A DNA stretch of 63,760 bases, counting the filler, from Aduncisulcus paluster (taxonomy: Eukaryota): NCBI GenBank assembly GCA_024181965.1. It is 24 parts of 24 records of this genome, joined end to end, with 100 filler letters (N's around TTAATTAATTAA, not from the genome) between each part and the next. Parts side by side here need not be neighbours in the genome. Positions count along the whole stretch, not along the records: positions 1 to 23,904 come from BQXS01000610.1; positions 24,005 to 30,699 come from BQXS01000625.1; 22 more parts are not named here. The stretch is one strand, 5' to 3'. Below the pieces are notes generated by a model, which worked only from the letters and a program-made list of their open reading frames with translations, was not told the DNA's origin and made no database searches. Positions within the stretch are counted from its first letter, which is position 1. Each line of letters begins with the position of its first letter. Both the position numbers and the translations under genes were made by a program. Below, in pieces: positions 11,424 to 24,516 of the stretch.

Positions 11424-12360
11424 ATCTTCTCCGAATGGATCTTAAATTTTGACAATATTGTAAGTGTAAATAAAATAATAATAAAGATTAGCATCAAAAT
11501 ATACATACCTTCCATTGTTTTAAAGTTTAAATGAGTGTGATACCGGGGGAAATGTTTGATATGGAAAGATTTTACCACTTGATGAAATTTTAACGACAAA
11601 AATAATAATAACGTTCCGAGAAATGTTTATTTTTTAGCTTGGTGTATTTTACAACCATGCAAATTCAGAAATAATTTTTTTGCGTTCTATTTCGCTCTAA
11701 TCATCTTTATTGGAGCTATACTGAACTATTTTAAATTATACTAATCGATACTAAAAAATAATGACTCTTAAATGCAATTAAAATCCGGAAAAACTCAGAA
11801 TTCCACTTTCTGGGTTTTCCATACATCTTACCGATAAATAGATCATTAACATGGTCATTGAGCAGAGACTATTGGGTTATATCGCCATATATGGGTGAGC
11901 TCGAGCTAGGGACAATCCATATGGCCTTCAAGGCCGCCTTGAATCTGTGAATATCACAGAATATCACGAAAACTCGTTGTCCTCATAAATAATTTCACAG
12001 CTGTGAATACAAAAATAATATCAAGGAGTGACTTTGAAACACAATACTCAGGAATATCTACAAACCCTACTGTAGTACTATCATAGTACAAGGAGGAAAC
12101 CATCAACAGAAACCAAACAATAATATGATCCACAAGAAATTTGATGTAATGTCAAGCATAAATACCCCAATAACCACGGTCAAACCTTGGCTGATTCATG
12201 TTCCACAACACTGTTGATGATAGGCATGATCATGTTGATCAGTGCTCGTCATATGTTTTTAGATTGAATTGATTTATATTCTTCTCTCTTTGGATGATTG
12301 AAACTACTTCTTTCTCAATGCAAAGAGAAAAGGTTGATCAACAGTTTCGGTTGAAGGCCT

Positions 12361-13102
12361 CTACAGATTTGACAAAAAGTCAAATAAACCTGGTTCGGCA
12401 CTTTTGCCTTTTTGTTTTGAAGGAGGTTTCTTATCTCTTGGCTTGCCTTGCTGACGCTTTTTGATTTTGGCAAGAGATTTCATTTTTTGTTTCTTATTTT
12501 TTGCTAAAATATCCTGATCAGAACTCATTCCTTTCGTATTGGCTTTCTTAATCCGAGTATCTTTCTGATATGATCCTTTTCTTTTTCCTTTTTCAGTCAA
12601 ACTTTTTGAATGTTTGGACCCCTTCTTATCCTGACTATTTCTAACTTTTTCACTATCTGATGTAGACATTTTTTTGAGAGGTTTAATTTTAACTTGAGAA
12701 ATAAAAAGTGGGAACGATACGTGATTTGTACATTTTAAGCACGAATAAATGCAAACCTTCCGAACTTTATGACTATCCACCTTAATATATTTTCGAGCTA
12801 TTTTACGATGGCGAACCCTACAATATTTCCCATCGATCCATGATATACCACAGAATGGACAAAATTTACGTTTTATACTTGGGGTTTGTTCATCTTTTTC
12901 ATAGGTTGAGAGTTCCGAGCTCCTTTTAACATAATGAAAGAGATAAGAGAAAATATGAGGATAAAATTCAATATAATATAAAAAACAACAGAATATAAGA
13001 AGTGAATATTCAAACAACAACATACTTGACATATCTTTTGTAATCAAGAGGTAAGGCATCAACAGACAACAATTCTGTAAACAGTGTTCGGTAATCTTCC
13101 AT
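12361..13102 (-). CDS. RPP21: RNase P subunit Rpr2/RPP21-like zinc-ribbon protein; exons 13102-13026 and 12922-12361
   Basis: IKRKFCPFC...CRVR...YSCLKC two-CxxC pattern with a basic tail. A GTATGT..AAG intron (13025-12923) joins MEDYRTLF..RYVK in frame to SSELSTYEK. Confidence 0.7.
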
Positions 13103-13394
13103 TAATCTATATATTATCCTAAAAAGCCAACAAGAATGCCAGCAATGTCACGCAAAACGATATTTTTGTATTCCTTGCTTTATACCTGAATTAAATAGAA
13201 TTTGATTATCAAATTTTTGTTATTCTATGATATTGACTACCACTTTTAGTTAATATATTCCGTTAATAAGCAAATTTGACAGAAATATTGAAACGATATT
13301 TTTTCCTTGCACTAGACCAAACTTTTCATCTATTGCTTCACAAATCTGATTATTATTTGTAAAATTTATTTTTAATTTCTCTATATTGAAATAG

Positions 13395-16300
13395 ATGGAG
13401 ACTACACAATCTATCTTGGAAGAATTCATTGCCAAACATATATCTGAGTTAAAATTTCTGTTTAATTTTTATTCTGGTACATCAACTTACCTTTCTGGTG
13501 GGGATTTTATGAAAATATTGGATGATTCTGGTCTTTTCTCATCGAAAAAAATTACCAGAAATCAAGCTCGTTCTATCTTTGAATCCATCGTTTTTAAATC
13601 ATTACAGCAAGTAAGAAAACCAAATGTTCCTGGAAGATCCATTACTGTGTCTGAAATTGGAAAGAATCTGTTTTCCACTTCTAAAGTATATCATGAGCGG
13701 GTTGCTAGAAGTAGAGATGTAGTAATAGCTAAATCATTTGATAAAACATATTCTCAACTTACTAAATCTAAAATTTTAGAAGAACGAGAAAGGAGTAGAG
13801 CGTTTGATCGGGTCAACCCTCCAGACGCTTCAATGTTTGCCCCTTCACCTCAATCTTTTAAACAAAGTCTTATTTCAGAAATGCCATCCCATGCTCCAAC
13901 CTATTTACTTGGTGGAAAGTCTCATTCTCCAGCTCGTCAGATTACTTCAGCCACATATGCTACTCGTGCCCTTAAATCGGCACATTCAAGATCCAGTCAC
14001 TCTAGTGATGGAGGTAGAGTTAAATCTTACCTTAATTTGCGGACTATTCCACATCCTGCCACGCTAGTTCAAGGTGATCTTGATAATTCTAAATCTCATA
14101 CTGGCAACAAATCAAAACAGAGTTTAGGTACCGCGATATCTTCTTCGGATGGTCCTTCGTCATCTCTTGCTCTTCAAGCCAGGAGTTGGGGTCTTGGAGG
14201 TCCACTCTATATTGAGGGTAACGGAAGTATCGGCGGTGAGAATGTTGAAAAAGTGCTTGCTTCTGTGAGAAGTGTGGCTGGGAGCACTCCAGTTGCAAGA
14301 ACAGGGATGTCTCACGAGTTGAAGAAGAAGAAGAAAAGGGAGGAGACTCTTGAGTGGAAAAGGAAGAGAAAGGACCAAATGAAAACAATCAAGGAGAGAA
14401 GAAAGCATATAATAAGCGGAGAAATGGTTAAACCCTGTGATATTGCAACGCGTGAAGTTTATTCTGCTACAGGTCGTCCTCGACCAGCCATCTCTCGAAC
14501 ATCCTCAGTAAGCAGTCATTCGGCCAGTGAAGAGGAACATTCCATGTCNNNNNNNNNNNNNNNNNNNNCTTGGAGGTCCACTCTATATTGAGGGTAACGG
14601 AAGTATCGGCGGTGAGAATGTTGAAAAAGTGCTTGCTTCTGTGAGAAGTGTGGCTGGGAGCACTCCAGTTGCAAGAACAGGGATGTCTCACGAGTTGAAG
14701 AAGAAGAAGAAAAGGGAGGAGACTCTTGAGTGGAAAAGGAAGAGAAAGGACCAAATGAAAACAATCAAGGAGAGAAGAAAGCATATAATAAGCGGAGAAA
14801 TGGTTAAACCCTGTGATATTGCAACTCGTGAAGTTTATTCTGCTACAGGTCGTCCTCGACCAGCCATCTCTCGAACATCCTCAGTAAGCAGTCATTCGGC
14901 CAGTGAAGAGGAACATTCCATGTCTGTCCATGAGCATTCTTCAAGTGAAGAAGATCATTCGAGCAGTGGCATCTCTGGTGGACTCTCTGATAGTCAGAGT
15001 GCCGGCAAAGCTATCGAAGGTGAACAACTGACCAAATATTCCTCTTTCCCCATTCATTCTGCACTGAAATCGTCATCTTATCAAGGTCATTCAACCGATA
15101 ATTTACAGACAGTTACTGAAGAACCTGGAATGGGTGAATATAATCCCCAGAACACTAGCGACAGTGCCAGGGAAGGGTATGCTGTAGCTGATGAGGAAAC
15201 GACGATCCCTAGTAGCATTGGAGGTGGATGGGGCAGAGCTGCCACTAGGGCATCAATTGCTGATATCAATCCAAGTTCAGCCTCCAAGCAGAACTCATAT
15301 AACCGTATCCACTCAAGGACACCGTCTGCACATAATCCAATGACATGGACGTATGTTCCGAGTACCAGCTCTTCTGTTGCTTCCATTAAGAGCGGACAAG
15401 ACTCTCCTTCTCAGAAACACACTGCACCGGGATCCCAGACTCCTCTTCTCTCGCTCCACACTCATTCTGTTCTCTTGTCTCTCTGTGGTAATGCTCCTGC
15501 GATACCCCAAACACATGAACCAGCGTCAAGGCAGCGTGGAGAGTTCTCTATCACTCAGAGTCAGAAACTAACAACCCCCGGGACTGGTCCCACTGTCACT
15601 GATGATGGCACAGTACAGTATAGCAATGCGATGGGTCGGTCCGTCAGTCATCAATCATCCGTTGCTGGTGGAGTATCAGGGTCGATGGGAGTTGCTGAGT
15701 TTGAAGCCTCTGGCACCATTGCTGAAGATTTGAAACATCAGGAACTCCTCGAGAAGACAGGGAGGAATGTTGATGAGACTGTGATTGAGCATGACTTGAA
15801 GGAGGCACATGCCTTCACCACTCTTCAAACGATGCTGACGGCGATATCCGGGTCAATCGGGAAAGGAGTGAGAAAGACAACAGGTGCCACGGCTAGTAGT
15901 GGTCTATTTGGAGTTAGAATGGGTCTTCAAACCTCTCCAAGCAGTGGGAAACCATTCCCATCCACTTCTGAGTCTCCCCAAGCAAAGGATACAATGTCTG
16001 GTGCTTCCTCTGGCACACTCACTGGCAGTTCCACTCAGCACACAGTAGATCCTGTGAGTGGCAAGAGATTGCTCCACCAGGGGGGCTATATTTCTTCCCA
16101 AGCGAGTGCGTCTCTATCTCCTTCGACAGGAAGATACCCTTCTGGCTCTGTTCTCTCGACCATGTCAGGGAGGACTGAGAAATCTGGCACAAGCGACATT
16201 CGGTCAGGTCTTACAACTCACACATCCATGAATACAAATGATGTAAAATACACTACACACACAGATACAACCTCATGGTTGACAGATGCCAAGAAAATCT

Positions 16301-17571
16301 CGGACAAAAACCTTAATTTACTCCAACAGACTGCAATCGAAGCTGCTACACAACCTCCTCAGCTTCCTCCATATCCGGTTTTGGACGGTAAGTTCCGTCT
16401 TCGCCGTCGAGGTGATGGAGGTATTGAATCTGGTGGTAAGAGTGGTCTTGAGCACACTCACAATGACATATCATACAGTCAGGCTCCAGATCTTGTTGCC
16501 CACACGCATGACATGGGAGATGGTGAGCTGGAATGGTATCTTGAACGTGTCGAAGGAGGAGTCGTGATGCGTATGTCATTTAGTGAGTTTTTGGCCGCTA
16601 TCATCGAGGTTGGGGCCAAATGTAGGGAACAAAGGGAAAGGGCTGCCAAGCATGAGGAAGAAGAAGAAATGAAGAGTGGGAAATCCTCGATCTCGATAGC
16701 CAGTGAAGATCTCCTGTCTCACAGCACTGTTGTGAGTAAGAAAACACAGAAAGGAGTCACTGTTCGTCAAGAAATGAAACTATCGAGAAGATCCATGTCC
16801 TCTTCAGCTCTTACCTCTGGTGATCTTGGCAAAGAAAACTCTATTGGCGAGGAGATGGAGCTTGTTATTGAGTTTAACCATGTAAAGAAAGCTATTCCAT
16901 CCTCAATGAGTCTCTCTCAGTCAGTGATGGATCTGGTTGGACATTATTTACTGCCCACGTTGAGACATAAGGTGCATCGCCTGCAGCTAACAAAGCCCCC
17001 CGGTAAAATGATCGGCAATGAACTCACTGAGGTCTCTATGGCTCACTATAAACTCCTTAAGGCCCATGCTAGTCTTCTGCGTCAAGTCTTTGTGATGCTT
17101 GGGAACCTTGATTTCAGAAGCAACAAAGGTATCGGAGTCACGATCATGGGATGTCGCTCCTTTTTGTCGATATTCAAAAAGACCAGAGTCATTAGTAGCG
17201 AAATGCCAATTGCGACTGTGAGGAAAGTGTTTTATTTATGCTCCCGGAAGAACTCTCTCGAACGTGCCCCACACCTCGACTCCCATCTCATCTTCCCTGA
17301 GTTCTTAGTGGCCATTGTATCAGTGTGCACGATCCATGGGGCTCTTGACGGGAAAGAGGCAGGCCGTGCTAGGTCTAGAGAAAGAAGGAAGAGGGAGTTA
17401 GATTCCAAAACAAGACAGAGGGGGTCAACTTCAATGGAAATGGCAAAAGATGACGAATCTTCGAGTGTGAAGACATTGCGTAAGTTCCTTGCTTTACTTA
17501 AAGTCGAATATAACCACGAAGCTAGGCTTATCCCTGCTCGGAAACTTCCCCTGTGGCCACAGCTGTTTTGA
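13395..17571 (+). CDS. Hypothetical protein with degenerate EF-hand-like helical repeats and a long Ser/Thr/Gly-rich insert; about 1266 aa after removing the duplication
   Basis: Similar motifs near both ends (LKFLFNFY..DFMKIL..IF..MSFSEFLAAI; LLRQVF..SFLSIF..VF..LIFPEFLVAI). The two track ORFs merge when the gap duplication is collapsed. Confidence 0.65.
14193..14924. other. Assembly artefact: 356-bp duplication (14193-14548 ~ 14569-14924) around a 20-N gap
   Basis: Offset 376; the only difference I saw is G14450/T14826. Confidence 0.9.
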
Positions 17572-17873
17572 GCGTTAATATAAGACATTGGATCCATTAA
17601 CTATACCATTCTCTTAATCATGAATTTAATTATGATTCTCTTATAGTATTTTTTTTATATTACTTGACATTTTTGAACCATTATCCTTTGAAATTTTTTG
17701 GCCGGAATCGGATGTATATACCCCATGATATTTCGAAAATAAAGCATAAAATTTGTGTATAAATGAAGATTTTCCAATCATTTTAAATCAATTTTGATTA
17801 ATTCACAGCTGAACAGAAAGAATGCATTTTTGATCAAAAAAATAGCGTTTAACAGCACCCAATACAAATACAA

Positions 17874-20800
17874 ATGGAAAAAGATGAAGTGATTTCTTCA
17901 GAACAACATTTTGAAGTCCAACCTCTGTATGTATTTCTATGATTTTGTTCAAAAGTTGTTTTTTAATGTTTCCGATCAATATTTACATGAATTTGTACTA
18001 TTTTTATTTTCAATATTATGATATAATGTAGATTTTCACTTGGAATTTCCCCTGTTATGGGACTACCTCAATTTATTGACGATCATACAATTATTTATAT
18101 ATCAGGGCGTGTTATTGTACAAAAAGATCTTGAAAGGGGGCTTATACGACAAACAGCTTTCACAACCAATCCAGGAACTGTTAAAATTGCGAGCATTTCG
18201 ATATGTCACAGATATTTAGTTTTTGCAGATTATGTTGATAAACACACACCTCCTGTTCTATATATTTTTAATTTGGCTCCACCATCAGCCCCTAGACTTC
18301 TTGGAACGATCAAAATACCCGATGCTAGATCCATTGGTACCGATGTCTTATCGCTTGAGATAGATGATGATGGTCAGCATGTAATGTGTCAAATGGGAGC
18401 CTCAGAGTACACTATGATGTCTTGGCGAGTAGAAAAAGAGGATAGTGTCCTCAAGCGGAGTGCAGTTGTCGGATCTAAAGTTGTACAATCTTCAGTCTGT
18501 CCTTTCGAGAAAGTTGGGTGGCTATCCACAGGAGATCGATTGATTAAATTTTGGCGTGTTAATGATTCTTCAATGCGTGAGTTTGTGCCTGTTAATTGCA
18601 GGAAACTTAGTGGGAATTTTACCAAACACACCTGGCTCAGTGCTGATATTGCCGTTGTCGCCGGGGAGGATGGTAATATTATTCTCATTGAGGATAATTT
18701 TATTAGTTCAGTAATTCCTGCAAAGGCCATTTGGGGTAGATTTTTCGTTGACCGTACTGGAATATCTCTCATCTCTGATGGTGGTGAGAAAACTCCCAAG
18801 AAAGATACAGCTTCAACCGTATCGGCAACAGGCGAAGCAGAGGCTTCTTCATCTTCTACTCCCCCACCGGGATTTATCACTGTTCTTCAGAGATGGAGTG
18901 AGGGTATCATTGTTGGTACAAGTGATGGCCTTGTCACAGTGTTTAAAATTGGACAAGATGAAACCTTTAAGGAGCCTGTCGTGGGTGGGGTTTCGTCTGG
19001 GGCGTCAGAGATTGGACCCAATCCATCTTCAAAGCCAGGGAGGACAAATGAGGCTCTTGAGGCCAGTGCATATGGGCATGGTGCATCGAAAGGAAGGTCT
19101 TCAATGGTGGCAAGTCAGGCCTCTGGAGAGCCAGAGGCTATCAAACATAAGAAAGGTTTTTCAACATCATCAACTCTGGTTATGCCCTTCCTCAATTACC
19201 GTCCAATTCCTCTCACCGATTGTGTGGCTCTAGTTCGTTATAAGATACCCACAGCTCTGGCCACATGTGGAACCCATACATTGCTGTCAACTCTGTGCGA
19301 CGATGCCAATACTTATGTGATTGATTCTCCGTCCATTGACAACATTAGTGTGTCTCCTGGGAGCAAAGTTGTATGTATTTCAACTGGAGATAGACAAATT
19401 TATATTCTTCGCCTCGATTTTATTGCTGAGGAAATGAGAGATCGTGCTGAGAAGCTTGGTGATGCCGCGAAGAGGAAAGAAGAGGAGAGGCTGAAGACAA
19501 AGAAAGATATTAAGCGTCGAGAGAAGGTTAAAACCGAGAGATATCCGGATCCTCTTGGAAGAGACTTCCATTCGACATCAAAGATGTCTTCCTCTCAAGC
19601 CTATAATCCTCCAGTCATAATCCAACCAATATATGACGATATTGACAACATTATTGCTGCCTGTACAAGAGTGGTTGGTGGTGTTGTTATCCGTAAGAAG
19701 GAATCTGCCATTACATCGTCCTCTTCTTTCCACGAAAGATCGAATAATATATCATTATATAGAAGAGAAACCGAGGAACTCCTGGATGATCCTGATGTCA
19801 AAAGCCTTGTACAGCATGGATATATGGAGGATCTTGAGGTCACCCGGAGGATATTTGCTACCCTGAATGATTGTCTTGATGCAATGAGCAAACATCGTGG
19901 TATCTCGATTGGGGATCAATGCATTAATCTCCTTACCGCAAGAGTATCCATGTTCCATCCCATATGCTGTAGTGTGACTCTAGACAGTGGACTTGAAGAA
20001 TGGAGAGAAATTGATGGGTTTGAAGTGAAACTGGCACCTAAAACGGCGTTGGAAGAGGTGGAATCGATGCTTTCAAGACAAAAGGAATCAGATCTCATGC
20101 ACCAACGTCCAATTGAAGGGGATCTTGAACATGAGGTTGCCACTCTTGTTAGGGGAGGAAGAGGCTCTACCCTTGGATTGTTCCATACTATTCCTGCCAT
20201 ACTGCCCTTTGACACTGTTATATCAGTGTCGGTGTGTAATACAACCCCTCTGGCTGCATTTATCACCGGGGAAGGTGTTGTTACCGTGTTTCGTTACACT
20301 GACAGTGCTATATTGTGCCAAAAACTCATATCCAACCAACCAAAGTCGTTATCTTTCCATCCCATGGGCTATTTGGCTATCGGTAGTCTGTCCCATTGCT
20401 CCGTGTATAGTTTTGTCAATACCGAAGCCGAGGGAGGTGGTTTGCTTGAAATTGGACGGGTGAGTTGTTCTTGTTCAACTCGTTGTCTTTTCAACAATGG
20501 GGGTAATATCCTTGCCATTGCCACAGCAACCAATGTATCCATTGTTTCTTTCCCTTCAATGCTGATCCAATGTGTCATTTCGCCTCAGTCTGACCCTATT
20601 ACTGATATTGCCTTCTCGAACGACGGTCAATTCATTGCCACAGTGAGTGTTGGGGGTTCCTTATGTGTGAATCGGCTTCCCACTGGGGAAAAAGTTGCCG
20701 AATGCTCCATTAAGAGTACTGCCTTGTTTGGGTGTACTTGGATTCCTCTTCCGCCACATATGGGTGGAATCAGTGGGATTAACTTTGAGAAGGCCATTAT

Positions 20801-23456
20801 GTCTGCCAAAGAAGTGGATGCTTCAATTGGTCTCAAAAGTGTAAATATGCTGTTTTCTAATATACCTTTCCTGGTGCTTGGGAGTGACAGAAAGCTTAGG
20901 GTGGTTGCTGGGAGTTGTGTTGTCACTGAGTTATTCCTTCCCGATCACGTCCATAAGCCTACTTGTGTTGCTGTCGGAGGTGAATCCATTGAAGACGGAT
21001 TCATTGTCACTGGAACTGACACTGGACACTTGTGCATTCACCGCTCTCCTTTATCCTCTGCTTCATGCTCGACAATTCTCCTCCACGCCGCTCCAGTCAC
21101 TGATGTCAGGGTTGTCCGTGGATGGATCGTGGTGTCTGTGGATAAGAGTGGGTGTGTAATGGTCTCTCAGATTCATAAACGCCAGCCACCACCCAGTACG
21201 AAATCGTCTGCTCGTGGAAGCTCTCGAAAGTTGACAGCCTCTACTTCTGCCAGATCTAATGGAGCCTCTGTAATCTCTGAGAAGGCTGATGCCAAGAAGG
21301 ACGATCCAGTATCAGAGTTTTACCGGCCCCAGTCATATATGAGTTCAAATATACCAACCTCCACACATAAAACAGACGAATCCATGGCCTTATCGACGAT
21401 ATCGCTTCCCACCCATCCGTTCTCACATTCTGTGTCACTCTGGCAGGGCACTCTCCCTTCATCGCCTCATTTTGTGACCAGTCTATTCAATCTCATCCAG
21501 ACGCTCGTTCGTTTGTGTGCTCGTGGCCTCTCTGAGCTTGCTGAGCGTGAGAGTAGCATTGTTTACTCTGCCAGTAAGGGTATCACAGAGACGAAGAAAG
21601 AGCTCAATCAGGATCTGATTAATCTACGGCAGAAGCTGGAAGATGTCAAGACAGATGGCACCGTTGTGCAGACTAACCATGCTCAAGAGATCCGTAATTT
21701 GAAGATGAAGCATGCTGAGGAGATGCAGAGGGAGAAAGATGAGAAATGTCGGGCTCTTGATCAACAAGAGAGAGACTGGATCAAGAAAGAGCAAGAATTG
21801 AAAGATCGCCTGGCAGAAGTGATGGCAAGAGTCACACATGAACAACTGGTGAGAGAAGAGCTCAAGGAAAGTGCCAAACAACATATATCTGAAGTAGAGA
21901 GCCAATTCCAGGAATCGTTGAGTCGTGTGGTGAAGGAAAGGGATACGATTGTTGACGAATACATTGGAGAACTCTCAAAAACACGGGAAGAGAGTGAAGA
22001 AGCTACCAAGAAACTCGAGCAAAGGCTGCGAGGTGATATTAGCGCTGTAAAGCTTGAAGAAAGAAAGACTCGGTCAACCACAAACATTCTCATTACCCAA
22101 AATAGAAAGCTTCGGGAGGAGATTTATGCCAAAAAGATGCGGATCTGTTCCCTGAAACAACAACTCGATAGTAGCAAGAAGAAGAATTTATCCGACACTG
22201 CCAAAGTTTCTCAATTGTCTGCTCAAGTGAAAGAGAGGGATGCTGCACTGAAAAAACATGAAGAAGAGTTGAAACGAGCGAGAGAGAAGATTTCTGAGTT
22301 GAGAAAAGTTCGGGAGGTTCTTGACTTTCGTGTCCAGGATCTTCGGCGTGAAATTGCACCTCGAGACCAACAACTCAGCGACTTTAAGATCCAACTTAGT
22401 GAGGTTGACGCTGCTCTTGTTCAAGCTCATAAGGAAGGTGTCATATACCAACAGAAAGCTCAGGCCATCGAGACTCGATTGGCCGTCACTCGCTCTGAAA
22501 TGAAGAGCGTACAGACTGATTTGAATGTAATCAGGAAGAAATATAAAGATATAATGTTTGAACTCAATAGGGTGGCTCATTTGGACTCTAGCAAAATGCC
22601 AGCGGAACTTGGGGAGTTGCTTCGGGTTTATAGTGATGGTGAAATCACCAAAAAGGTTGAAACTAGAGGTAAGAAAGAGGATGCATTAAGTGAGTTCCAA
22701 TTCCAGAGGCATTTACTCGAAAAGAATGTATCTTTCCTGAAGATTCGAGTTAGTCAAAGTGAAGAAAAGGCCAAACGAGTCAGTCGTCTCCTGGTTGCTC
22801 AGAACGCTGATCTTCTTCGTGAAATCAATCAATTGCGAAGTGAGAACAAAGATTTGCATCTGGAACTGGCTGCTCTCAAGGCAAGGGAGAAGAAAAAGGT
22901 ATCTCGCCCTTCAAGCAAGGTAAGAAGCAGACAATCTGTGTCGAGATCTGAGAGTTTCACGATGTCTCCTACATCCATCGAACGTCCTTCCGCATTCGAG
23001 CGTCTTCCACAGTTGATGCCGAGTAAGGTTGCTCTTGATGACGCCGGAGAGACTCCTGATGTGGGTCCTCCCGTGTCTTCCAAGTCAATGCCTGGCCAAG
23101 GAGTTCCGGAAGCCATCCCTATGTATAAACACGTATATAATCAGCATCCTGTCATGCCCAGGCCCGCACTGGCTGCACTTACACGTGGAAGAGGAAGATC
23201 ATCGTCGTCATTGGGCATGTTAAGAGGGTCAGGTGGGCGAAAATCTCAGCAACAGGTTAGTAGCCGGGCTTCATCCCAGGCTAGCGGAAGAATATCTGCT
23301 CAAGGTGGGAAATACCCTGTTAGCCCTTCAAGTTCTTCAAGGGCCTTGTCGCAGCAAGCAATAGGAAGGGGTGAATTGATGTCGATCGCCCAAATGGCGG
23401 GTGATGATTTTTTCCCAGGGCGAGCGAGGCTTCCAGTGGATCCACGGGATGATTAA
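17874..23456 (+). CDS. CFAP57: Cilia- and flagella-associated protein 57 (WDR65): WD40 repeats plus long coiled coil; exons 17874-17926 and 18032-23456
   Basis: N-terminal QPLFSLG..FIDDHTIIY, WD40 repeats, and coiled-coil EVLDFRVQDLRREIAPR and QNADLLREINQLR. Intron GTATGT(17927)..TAG(18031) restores the frame to the ORF at 18057. Confidence 0.8.
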
Positions 23457-23904
23457 GTTTTTAAATATTTTTGGGTGAAAACAATATTATCTTGCTCATA
23501 TTTTAACACTTCTTTTTCTTTAAAAACTTGGCTGTGAGTATTTTTTTATTTATCTATGAAATTAGAAGCATTTTAATTAAATCTTTTTCCCAAATAAAAT
23601 ATAATTTATATTTTTAAGTGATATACTTGTATTATTTATAATTTTACTTAACATTTCAAGAGCAAAAGAAATTGCCCCTAATTCAACGTAATTTGACACG
23701 TTTATTTCTCTTCACATTGATCAAATCAATGAAAAGGGTGGATAAATGTAAAATCCAATCAAAAAAACAAGACTGTCAAGATGAATCCATTACTTATGAC
23801 GAAACTGCAATCCCTTCTCATTGTACATTTTTTACTTCGTTTAGACGGGTAGTTGATTCGACAAATTACTTTTTATTTCTCCGGCATTGGTGTAAAATTC
23901 ATGT

Positions 23905-24004
23905 NNNNNNNNNNNNNNNNNNNNNNNNNNNNNNNNNNNNNNNNNNNNTTAATTAATTAANNNNNNNNNNNNNNNNNNNNNNNNNNNNNNNNNNNNNNNN
24001 NNNN
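23905..24004. other. Artificial contig spacer (N44-TTAATTAATTAA-N44), first of 23. Others start at 30700, 32048, 33337, 34692, 36572, 37818, 38925, 40553, 43292, 44984, 46193, 47739, 49085, 50715, 52658, 54150, 55550, 56786, 57918, 59304, 61192, 62540
   Basis: Identical 100-nt cassettes with stops in all six frames; composition and taxonomy change abruptly across them. Confidence 0.98.
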
Positions 24005-24516
24005 GTGTGAAAGTAAAAGTCTTCTCCGAGGTTAGTGGATCAATATCAAGCGAAATTCCGAAATATTTTTCAAAGAGGAGGAGCTGGGCATCAATTTGAG
24101 CCGCTTCTTTCTTCAATCGAGTCTGAAAACTATTTTCACGTACAATCAATGCATTATACAGTTCCTTTTCTTTCTGGAAATGTGCTTCAAAATCCTTTCT
24201 TTCAGCATCTTCAGCTTCTGACAATTTCAATTCACGCTCGTGTTGTGCAATTTTTGCTTTTAACGTGTGAAGTTTGCCAAGTTGTGCTTCATCTGTTTTA
24301 CGGCTTGCTTGCTCACATTCTATGCGATAAAATTGACGGATATTAGCATTATCAAGTCGATAAAAAAATACGGCAATTTATATATATCAGAAATAACATA
24401 CCTTTTATCTTTTCTTTGAGTTTTCCGATAGTCTCCTGTAATTCTTGTGCTCGTTTATGTAATTCTTCAAGACTGTCCAATTTAACAATTGTACTATCCC
24501 CAATAGTCTTCCCCAT
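24005..24516 (-). CDS. SPC25: Probable kinetochore protein SPC25 (Ndc80 complex), 3' partial; exons 24516-24402 and 24319-<24005
   Basis: N-terminal coiled coil followed by LLLFEKYFGISLDI..KTFTFT, which resembles the start of the Spc25 RWD domain. Intron GTATGT..GCTAAT..CATAG (24401-24320) keeps the frame. Confidence 0.6.

Noticed and set aside
12923-13062. Hydrophobic N-terminus of the 233-aa track ORF (and of the 229-aa ORF at 61925) as TM segments
   Set aside because: These are mostly translations of T-rich introns; spliced models remove them.
14527-23456. Numerous antisense or alternate-frame ORFs inside long genes
   Set aside because: Shadows of low-complexity or codon-biased sense genes, with no independent motifs.
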